27,828 nucleotides of DNA from Planctomycetota bacterium. GTDB lineage: Bacteria; Planctomycetota; Planctomycetia; Pirellulales; Thermoguttaceae. Shown here one piece after another: positions 9,058 through 15,982 of this stretch (within the stretch, counting starts at the first letter, position 1; each line of letters starts with the position of its first letter). Below the pieces are notes generated by a model. The model was not told the origin of the DNA. It saw only the letters and a list, made by a program, of their open reading frames with translations, and made no database searches. The stretch spans positions 1 through 27,828 of the forward strand of contig JABMRP010000905.1 in NCBI GenBank assembly GCA_013202535.1. The letters run 5' to 3'. The translations under genes were made by a program, and so were the position numbers.

Positions 9058-9675
9058 TCACGGTGCCGAGTGCAACGCTCCAATCATGGCCGTTCGCATC
9101 GCGGTCGTGGGAACGAAAATAACGCGCCAATTGAGCTCTTCGCCACGGCGGTGGAATCCGGTGCGGCAGATCACCACCTGATCGCACGTCATGGCCTGTG
9201 CCATGAGCGCCTGCTGAAGAACGCTGGCCCCGAAGTCCTGAATGAAGTAGGGTGGCGAAGGGACCAACTCCGAGTCGATCAGCCGCGTCAGGGCGTTCAT
9301 GTAGGCGCACCCGAGAATGTTGCCCGTCTCGGTCAGGGCCGACTTCTCCAGGTCGCTCCACTCGGGTGAATCATCCGCCGGGCGTCCCAACAGGGAGGCC
9401 GCGAGTTGCCTGCCGTTGGACTCGTCGAAGGTGAGAATCATCTCGCCGCCGACTTCCCCCTCAAGGCTCAAGACGACCATCGTCAAGAGTTCGTCACCGA
9501 GGTTCAATTCCTCGCAAACGGTCTCCAACGGAATCTCGCGAACCTCGTCCAGGGTGAGCGTAATCAGACCGTCGGTCCAACGGCACATGGCTGTCGACGC
9601 GTCGTGCGTGGCCGACGCGAACAGTGCCTGGAGCACTTCGACCCGTGGATCGGCTACGGTCATGGAATCGGGCAT
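9058..9675 (-). CDS. cheC: CheY-P phosphatase CheC
   Basis: SALTETGNIL ExxN motif, PSPP and CheC-like length; lies between cheA and cheD. Confidence 0.88.
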   Translation of the reverse strand: MPDSMTVADPRVEVLQALFASATHDASTAMCRWTDGLITLTLDEVREIPLETVCEELNLGDELLTMVVLSLEGEVGGEMILTFDESNGRQLAASLLGRPADDSPEWSDLEKSALTETGNILGCAYMNALTRLIDSELVPSPPYFIQDFGASVLQQALMAQAMTCDQVVICRTGFHRRGEELNWRVIFVPTTAMRTAMIGALHSAP

Positions 9676-9686
9676 GAATCAATCTC

Positions 9687-12600
9687 CTAGGATACCGCGG
9701 TAGGTGTATACGCTTTGGAAGACATCTCGATCAGGGCGCCGACGTCGAGGATCAGCGAAACGCGCCCGTCGCCGAGAATACTCGCGCCGGCAATTCCCGC
9801 GACGTTGCGGTAGTTTTCGGCCATCGACTTGATGACGATGTCTTCTTCTCCGAGCAGCACGTCGACCGCCAGGCCGACTTCGTGGCCCTCGTCGCCGAGG
9901 ATGACCAGCGTGGTTTCGTCGGTGTCGCCCTCGGGAGGCTGCTTGCCCGATCGGTTCCACGCCAACAATTCGTCCAGCTCGACGACCGAGACGATGCGCC
10001 CCCGAACCCGGGCGGTTGCGACCCCGTGGACCGTGGACAGATCGCGCGACGGAACGTTGACGATCTCCACCACCGATTCGACGGGAATGGCGAACACGTC
10101 GCCGTCGATCTTGGTCATCAGACTGGGCAGAATCGCCAGGGTCAGCGGCAGTTTGATCGTGAAGGTCGTCCCCTGGCCGAGGACACTTTCCAGATCGACG
10201 GCGCCGCTGATGTCTTCGATTTTCGACCGGACGATGCCCATTCCCATGCCGCGCCCGGAAACTTCAGTCACCTTCTCGGCGGTGCTCAGCCCCGGTTCCC
10301 AGATCAACTGGAGGACCTCGTGCGGCGTCATTTTCTCGGCATCGGCTTCGCTGATGATCCCCTTGGACAGCGCCTTGGCGAGAATCCGGTCGGGATCGAG
10401 GCCCTTGCCGTCGTCGGTGACCTGGATGATGATGCTGTTGCCCCGGTGGAACGCGTCCAGGGTGACCGTTCCCTGGGCCGGCTTGCCGGCCGCCTCGCGG
10501 ACGTCGGGGAGTTCGATGCCGTGATCGGCCGAGTTCCGAACCATGTGGATCAGCGGATCGCCCAACTCGTCGATCATCCGCTTGTCGAGTTCCGTCTTCT
10601 CACCCCGGATGACCAGTTGGATATCCTTCCCGTTGCCACGGGTGATGTCGCGCACCACCCGCTTGAAACGGGTGAAGAGCGGGCCGATGGGCACCATGCG
10701 CGTGTCCATCACGCTCTGCTGGATCCCGTCGGTGACTCGGTCGAGTTGGTGGATACCTTCCAACAGATCGTTGACCGAGCCGCGTACCTGGCCGAGCATT
10801 CCGATTTCGCGACGAACGACTTCCAGATCGGCCTGCATTCGGCGGGCATGGCTTCGCAGGTTCTCCAATTCGATGTGCGGATCGGCCTGACTGCTTCCGC
10901 CCGACGGCTCCTCGGTTATCTTGCCCAGCGTGCCCAACACGTTGCCTAGCACCTGGGCCGACTGCTTGCTGGCCAGGGCGTTCTTCAAGGCGTCGCCGAT
11001 TCGGGAGAATCGGGCGCGGTTGATCACCAATTGCCCGGCCAAATTCATCAACTGATCGAGCCGGTCGATGTCGACCCGCAAGGTTTCCGTCGGCTTGTTG
11101 GACGGTTCGGCCGGCCGGCTCTTGCCCGGTTTGGCGGGGGTGGCGGCGGCTCGGGGCTTGGCGACACGCGTGTCCGCCTTCGTGGCGGTGCAAGGAGCCG
11201 GCGCGGGTGCCTTCACCTTGGCAGCGGACTCCGACGGTCCACGCACGAGCCGGGTGACCTCCAATCCGGCCACGCCGGCGATTTGCAGGTTGCGGCGGAT
11301 CGTGTCGACCGATTCCTCGCTGGCCAGACCGAACGTGAGTCGCTCGACGTCGTCGGACTCCTCCAGACGTTCCACCGGAGGATTGAGATAGCAGACCTGG
11401 CCCAAATGCGAGAGTTTTTCGTAAAGCAGGCGGGCTTTCAGACCGGCCAGCGCAAGGTCCTTGCGGAAGACGACCATTCCGGCCAGCGTGGGAAGACCTT
11501 CCGGAGCCAGCCGGCCGATTTCCTCGCGGATCGCCTCGGTGAGGGTTGCCGACGGCACGATCTCAGCGGCACCGACGGGCGGTTCCATCTTGCCGGGCGT
11601 TGCCGGCGAAGCGTCCTCGGTGCTCGGCGCCGTGTTACTCGATTGCGCGTCGCTCGATTGCGCGTCACTCGATTGCGCGTCGCTCGATTGCGCGTCGCTC
11701 GATTGCGCGTGACTCGATTGCGCGTCGCTCGATTGCGCGGTCAGCAGGTCGTGGGCCAGACGGGGGAAGTTTTCCGAGACGGGATTGCCCTTCTTGAGGC
11801 CCTCGATGTAGGCTCGCAAGCCGTCGGTGCATTGCAGCATGGCATCGGTCACCTCGGGCGTAAGTTCCCGGCCCGTCTCGCGGATCTCCTGCAGCAGGTC
11901 CTCCATCAGATGGGCCAGTTTGGCCGGCCGGTTCAGACCGACCGAGGCCGCCGACCCTTTGATTCGGTGGGACGTGACCAGCAGCGTCTCGATCGCCTCG
12001 GTCCCGCCTTGCCCCTCCATCGCCAGCAACGTTTCGGTCAGGCTGTCCAGCGACATGTCCGCCTCGTCGATGAAGATCGAGAGGTACTTGGTGGCCATCC
12101 CGGTCTCGTCGGTCAAATCGGCGAAGTGATCGATTTCCGCGATCGAGGGCTCTGGCGGCGCGTCGGCCACCCGCGGCATTGCTTCACCGCCGGCTTCCAG
12201 CCCCGGGCCATCCTGGCCGCTTTGGGCCGGCGGCTCGGGAGACTCGTCCGCCAGATCATCCGACCCGGCCAGCGCCCGTTCCGCGTCTTCCTGGGAAGAT
12301 TGTTTCCGCTCGGCACCGGCCTCCCGAAGCAGTTGGCTGATGCCGTCGATGACCGGTTGACATTCGATCGGCTCGGCGTCGGGAACCTTGAGGACGTCGA
12401 CCAGGCTGACCAGTTGGTCCACGCCCTGGAACATCAGTTCCACGACGTCGCCGCTGATCGTCAGTTCGTCCTTCCTGGCGGCGTCGAAGACGTTCTCGAT
12501 GCGATGGGTGAGGTTGTTGATGTCACCCAGCCCGAGCATCGCCGAGAGCCCCTTGAGGCTGTGGGCGGACCGGAACATGTCGTTGAGCAGTTCTTCGTCG

Positions 12601-12758
12601 CAACTCTGCTGGTGATCGTCGTCCAGGGCGCGCACCCATTCGTCCAACTGCAGGAGATCCTCGTTGAGCCGGTCGAGCAATTGTCCCGACTCGTCGAGAA
12701 AATCGCCCAGCAAGCTCTCGAAGAACTCGTCTCGAACCGGCGCTTCCTTGTCACTCAT
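9687..12758 (-). CDS. cheA: Chemotaxis histidine kinase CheA (P1-P1-P2-P3-P4-P5)
   Basis: Two Hpt motifs AHSLKG and SHRIKG; dimerisation motif TLRVDIDRLDQLMNL; RNSADHGIE; DDGKG; GRGMG; KLPLTLAI; C-terminal CheW-like GASILGDGRVSLILD. Confidence 0.97.
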   Translation of the reverse strand: MSDKEAPVRDEFFESLLGDFLDESGQLLDRLNEDLLQLDEWVRALDDDHQQSCDEELLNDMFRSAHSLKGLSAMLGLGDINNLTHRIENVFDAARKDELTISGDVVELMFQGVDQLVSLVDVLKVPDAEPIECQPVIDGISQLLREAGAERKQSSQEDAERALAGSDDLADESPEPPAQSGQDGPGLEAGGEAMPRVADAPPEPSIAEIDHFADLTDETGMATKYLSIFIDEADMSLDSLTETLLAMEGQGGTEAIETLLVTSHRIKGSAASVGLNRPAKLAHLMEDLLQEIRETGRELTPEVTDAMLQCTDGLRAYIEGLKKGNPVSENFPRLAHDLLTAQSSDAQSSHAQSSDAQSSDAQSSDAQSSDAQSSNTAPSTEDASPATPGKMEPPVGAAEIVPSATLTEAIREEIGRLAPEGLPTLAGMVVFRKDLALAGLKARLLYEKLSHLGQVCYLNPPVERLEESDDVERLTFGLASEESVDTIRRNLQIAGVAGLEVTRLVRGPSESAAKVKAPAPAPCTATKADTRVAKPRAAATPAKPGKSRPAEPSNKPTETLRVDIDRLDQLMNLAGQLVINRARFSRIGDALKNALASKQSAQVLGNVLGTLGKITEEPSGGSSQADPHIELENLRSHARRMQADLEVVRREIGMLGQVRGSVNDLLEGIHQLDRVTDGIQQSVMDTRMVPIGPLFTRFKRVVRDITRGNGKDIQLVIRGEKTELDKRMIDELGDPLIHMVRNSADHGIELPDVREAAGKPAQGTVTLDAFHRGNSIIIQVTDDGKGLDPDRILAKALSKGIISEADAEKMTPHEVLQLIWEPGLSTAEKVTEVSGRGMGMGIVRSKIEDISGAVDLESVLGQGTTFTIKLPLTLAILPSLMTKIDGDVFAIPVESVVEIVNVPSRDLSTVHGVATARVRGRIVSVVELDELLAWNRSGKQPPEGDTDETTLVILGDEGHEVGLAVDVLLGEEDIVIKSMAENYRNVAGIAGASILGDGRVSLILDVGALIEMSSKAYTPTAVS
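11638..11739. repeat. Tandem repeat of a 15-bp unit, about 7 copies, encoding (AQSS[D/H])n in a CheA linker
   Basis: GATTGCGCG recurs at 11641, 11656, 11671, 11686, 11701, 11716 and 11731; unit CTCGATTGCGCGTCG with minor variants. Confidence 0.97.
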
Positions 12759-12773
12759 TATTCACTCCAGAGA

Positions 12774-13652
12774 TCATTCGGGGCGGCGATAGAGCCACGG
12801 TTGGAGGCGATGGAAATCCCGGACCAGATCGGAAACGCCTTCCGCGGCGCCGGCGACCAGTAGTCCTCCCGGGCGAATCGCTCGGCGCACGTTCTCCAGG
12901 ACCGCGCGTTTCGAATCCGTATCAAAGTAGATCAACACGTTCTTGAGAAAGACGACGTCGAACGGCCCGTCGCGCATGGCGTGCATCAGGTTGTGCTGGC
13001 GAAATCGGAGCATGTCGGTAATCACCGGCCTGGCCTGCCAGATGCGGGCGTCCTTGGCCTGCTGGAAGAACCGGCGGGAGTAATCGCGGGGGACCAGCCG
13101 CATGGCCCGTTCTCCGAAAACGGCCGACTTGGCTTGTTCGAGCGCTCCCACGCCGATGTCGGTTCCCAGAATGGTCACGTCCCATGGCGAGCAAGCGGAA
13201 AACGCATCGGCGATGCAACAGGCGATGGTCGCCGGTTCGTCGCCCGTGCTGCAGGCCGCCGACCAAATTCGCAGTTTCCGCGTCCCGCGTCCCGCTCGGG
13301 CTTCGGAAGCACACTGGGCAAGGAACTGCGTGCGAAACCAGGTCCAGTGCGATTCGTCGCGAAAGAGGTACGTTTCGTGGGTCGTGATTTCCTGAAGAAA
13401 CGCATCCCACTCGGGATCCGCGGGCGTGAGTTTCTTGAGGTGAGCGAAGTACTCTTCAAACCCCTTGATTCCCGTCTTGCGGAGCCGCCGGCGCACCCGA
13501 TTCGACAACAGGGTCTTCTTCTGCGGCGATACTCGAATACCCGTTCGAGCATAAATCAACTCGGCGTATTTCTTCAGTTCCGCGTCCGATACCTGTTCGG
13601 CCGGGCAAACCGGTGGCAAGGGTTTGATGACTTCGGGCAGTGGTGGCTTCAT
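12774..13652 (-). CDS. cheR: Protein-glutamate methyltransferase CheR
   Basis: ITTHETYLFRD, IWSAACSTGDEP, ILGTDI, FRQHNL and KNVLIYFD. Start at 13652 preferred (13688 possible). Confidence 0.93.
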   Translation of the reverse strand: MKPPLPEVIKPLPPVCPAEQVSDAELKKYAELIYARTGIRVSPQKKTLLSNRVRRRLRKTGIKGFEEYFAHLKKLTPADPEWDAFLQEITTHETYLFRDESHWTWFRTQFLAQCASEARAGRGTRKLRIWSAACSTGDEPATIACCIADAFSACSPWDVTILGTDIGVGALEQAKSAVFGERAMRLVPRDYSRRFFQQAKDARIWQARPVITDMLRFRQHNLMHAMRDGPFDVVFLKNVLIYFDTDSKRAVLENVRRAIRPGGLLVAGAAEGVSDLVRDFHRLQPWLYRRPE

Positions 13653-13696
13653 GTGTGTGTTCTCGATCTTCGTTGGCCGCGTATCCACGTCCGACG

Positions 13697-13723
13697 CTAT
13701 CGCCGCGCCGATCCGTGGCTTGC
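13697..13723 (-). promoter_or_regulatory. Candidate sigma28 (FliA)-type promoter of the che operon
   Basis: Minus strand GCAAG-N14-GGCGATAG against the consensus TAAAG-N14-GCCGATAA, just upstream of cheR. Confidence 0.4.
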
Positions 13724-14018
13724 GAGAACGGGAACCGGGCCAGCCCAGCGATCCTCACGCAAACTATAGGTTACGGTTTCGTGTTTGCGCAAGAGCCGTC
13801 TCGTTTACGCAGGGTCTCCCCTCTAGCTAATCCGGGGGGCCTCCTTGTGGCGGTGATGGCAAATCGAACGGTCACGAGGATTGCGCCGCCTGAAAGGAAA
13901 GCGAGGCCGGGGGCAACGGCCAATCGGCGACGGTCCATGGGCCGTGGTATGTCGGCGGCGTCGAACGCGGCTCTTCGTTTGACTCTTTCGCGGGCCGACC
14001 TATCTTTGTGCGGCGGAG

Positions 14019-14047
14019 TTGAGCCGCCGGAAAGCCAGGGCCGATAA
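14019..14047 (+). promoter_or_regulatory. Candidate sigma28-type promoter of the divergent cheY
   Basis: Perfect -10 box GCCGATAA at 14040-14047, 58 nt before the ATG; the -35 box is weak (TTGAG, spacing off by 2). Confidence 0.45.
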
Positions 14048-14105
14048 GCGCCGGCTTACTGAAATCGATCCTTCAAGACCCTAGCAAGCAAGTTAAAGGG
14101 AAGTC

Positions 14106-14465
14106 ATGACCAAAGTTCTCGTCGCCGACGATTCCAGTACGATGCGGAAGATCATTTCGCGGTCTCTCCAGGCGGTTGGTGTTTCCGACACGGTGGAAGC
14201 CGCCGACGGCACCGAGGCGGTCGCCGCCTTCACGCCCGGCGAGTTCGACCTCGTGCTGACCGATTGGAACATGCCCGGAAAAACGGGCCTGGAAGTGGTT
14301 CAAGAGATTCGCGCGCTAGACGCCAAAGTGCCGATCATCATGGTGACCACGGAGGCGGAAAAAGGCCGTGTCATGGCGGCCATTCAGGCCGGATGCTCCG
14401 ATTATCTGGTCAAGCCGTTCACCGCCGACACCCTGCGCGAGAAGCTCGAAAAGCACGGCTGCTGA
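14106..14465 (+). CDS. cheY: Stand-alone CheY-like response regulator
   Basis: VLVADDS, LTDWNMP, MVTTEAE and YLVKPF; 119 aa. Confidence 0.88.
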   Translation: MTKVLVADDSSTMRKIISRSLQAVGVSDTVEAADGTEAVAAFTPGEFDLVLTDWNMPGKTGLEVVQEIRALDAKVPIIMVTTEAEKGRVMAAIQAGCSDYLVKPFTADTLREKLEKHGC

Positions 14466-14492
14466 GCCTGCGCGAAAAAAGAGACGCTATAC

Positions 14493-14526
14493 AAGAGCCC
14501 CCGGCTTGCGCCCGGGGGCTTTTTTT
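14493..14526 (+). terminator. Rho-independent terminator
   Basis: Stem AGCCCCCGG / CCGGGGGCT with a 7-nt loop and a T7 run, 27 nt after the cheY stop. Confidence 0.9.
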
Positions 14527-14594
14527 GTGGGCTCCCAGGGTGAGACCTCGTCCCCATGCTCTGGACCGTGACCCTGCCGGTCCACTTGACTTCA

Positions 14595-14723
14595 CTACTG
14601 AGCCCGCCAGAACTTCGCCACCTGACCGAAGATCGGTATGGTCCAGGGCAAGCTCATCACCATCGAGCCGCCGATCAGCAGGGTGATGATTCCCAGCAGT
14701 CGGCAAATGTACGGCTTGTTCAT
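14595..14723 (-). pseudogene. trkH: Truncated 5' fragment of a TrkH potassium-uptake gene (42 codons)
   Basis: Manual translation (below the ORF-track cutoff): MNKPYICRLLGIITLLIGGSMVMSLPWTIPIFGQVAKFWRAQ followed by two stops. It resembles the first TM of TrkH (MN...RLLG..LLIGGSM..SLPW), as recalled from planctomycete TrkH sequences. Confidence 0.65.
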
Positions 14724-14791
14724 TGGTGGCTATGCCATGATTACGCTGGGGTGCCCCGGCAAATCACAGAACGACCCGGTGGGCGCCCAAG

Positions 14792-14820
14792 AGTGTATCA
14801 CCCCTCAATATGGCTGGCAA
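14792..14820 (-). promoter_or_regulatory. Sigma70 promoter upstream of the trkH fragment
   Basis: Minus strand TTGCCA-N17-TACACT with an extended -10 TG, about 70 nt before ATG 14723. Confidence 0.6.
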
Positions 14821-14948
14821 CCGCGTGCTGTTCGCGCGCATCCCAGGTTCGATCTTCATGCGGCCCGCGGCGATCCTTGCCGGCGCCACCCCGATCGCGC
14901 CGGCCGACTGGTTGTTTTGGTTCTTCGGGGCTTTCCCAGGTTTGACTA

Positions 14949-14964
14949 CGGCACGGAATGTGCT
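14949..14964 (+). promoter_or_regulatory. Candidate sigma54 -24/-12 promoter pointing into the island
   Basis: CGGCACG-GAAT-GTGCT, with GG at 14950-51 and GC at 14962-63 at the exact spacing. Confidence 0.45.
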
Positions 14965-15101
14965 CTTTCAACCGGCAACGTGATCAGGTACGCGGAGGCC
15001 GTGAAGCTGCGTCGATTTATGATCGGGCCGGTAAGACGGTAGTCCTACGCCGTGGTGGAGACAATTCCGGTGCGACAGAAGCACGAGGGAGAACCGGGCT
15101 G

Positions 15102-15135
15102 TGCAGGAAATTGCGTGGATCTGCAAAAAGTTGCA
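15102..15135. promoter_or_regulatory. Two tandem TGCA-N6-TGC[A/G] sites, resembling NtrC/AtoC-family activator sites
   Basis: TGCAGGAAATTGCG at 15102 and TGCAAAAAGTTGCA at 15122, 20 bp apart. Confidence 0.45.
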
Positions 15136-15251
15136 CATCCATGCCGGCCACCCAGGGGGGTTCTTTGTGCGGAAGATCGCCGGGCTTGTTCAAATTGTCG
15201 GGCATTGGAGTGAAACACCGTACGACAGCACATATGAGCAGGACGAAGCAA

Positions 15252-15716
15252 ATGAAGCTCATCGTGTCGGAAATGGTGAAAACCCGCATGGGGCTCCTAC
15301 AATCGAATGCAAACGACGCCGAGGTGGCCTACGAACAGGCACTGGATGATGGAGTAGAAGATCCGGTTGTCTGCTTACTTGATATCCGAGACCCACAGGT
15401 CGCCATGCTCGCGGAAGCCTATGTGCGAGAGGAAGGCAAAGTCCGGCAAGCGATTGACGACTGCGTCGCCAAAGAGGCGATCCCGATTGCAGTCGTCGCT
15501 CTCCCGCACGGCAACGCCGTCGAACTCATGGACGCCGTTTTCCAAGGTGCCGGAGGTGCGTGGCCGACCACAATCCCGTGCGGGTGCTTTCGCATCGTCG
15601 TCATCGCTTTTGGTGGATACACGCACCGGACACACCCTGAGCCGGTAAAGAGTTGGTGGAAGTTGAGTATACCCGGGCTTCCGGCTCACGACCGTGAGCG
15701 GCCAAGCCGGGATTAG
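15252..15716 (+). CDS. Hypothetical protein
   Basis: Protein-like composition from MKLIVSEM (EDPVVCLLD...FRIVVIAFGG), with AGGA 8 nt upstream. The upstream part of ORF 14958 looks non-coding. Confidence 0.6.
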   Translation: MKLIVSEMVKTRMGLLQSNANDAEVAYEQALDDGVEDPVVCLLDIRDPQVAMLAEAYVREEGKVRQAIDDCVAKEAIPIAVVALPHGNAVELMDAVFQGAGGAWPTTIPCGCFRIVVIAFGGYTHRTHPEPVKSWWKLSIPGLPAHDRERPSRD

Positions 15717-15982
15717 CGTGCTTTTGTTTCGGCAGGCGGTTCCGGCCGCGACATCATCGTTGCGGTCGGCACATCCACAAGGCACTTCAAGAACCTCGGC
15801 ATGTTGAGTGTTGTTCTTCTATTTGAGGCCAAGGAAGAGTCCGAATGTACCTTGAGCGATGGGCATTTCATTCCCGCATACATCTCGGACCGCACATACC
15901 TGCTTATTGGGATTGGGGCTGGACCCGAGCCCGGCGGAACGATCATAAGGAGCGAATGGCTTCGCGGCCTTGCGCATAACCA

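Noticed and set aside
8463-9361. Long N-terminal extensions of cheY (to 8618) and cheD (to 9361) in the ORF track
   Set aside because: They overlap neighbouring genes and have no family similarity; shorter starts were chosen.
11638-11739. Possible CRISPR array
   Set aside because: Units are contiguous with no spacers, are in frame within cheA, and no cas genes are present.
11031-12863. 610-aa plus-strand ORF with RVARL repeats
   Set aside because: Antisense shadow of cheA; the repeats are just the 15-bp tandem read on the other strand.
13758-13789. GCAAAC-containing stem upstream of cheR, suggestive of a c-di-GMP-I riboswitch
   Set aside because: The GAAA-capped P2, the second GCAAA motif and P3 are not arranged as in the consensus.
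14842-14854. tRNA T-arm-like CCCAGGTTCGATC (similar to TCCCAGGTTTGA at 14934)
   Set aside because: No complementary 3' stem and no cloverleaf; too short to call an att site.
14638-15042. 134-aa plus-strand ORF
   Set aside because: No motifs; it overlaps the better-supported trkH fragment and promoter on the opposite strand.
15957-15973. TGGC...TTGC sigma54-like element before sulP
   Set aside because: Spacer is 9 nt instead of the strictly required 7.
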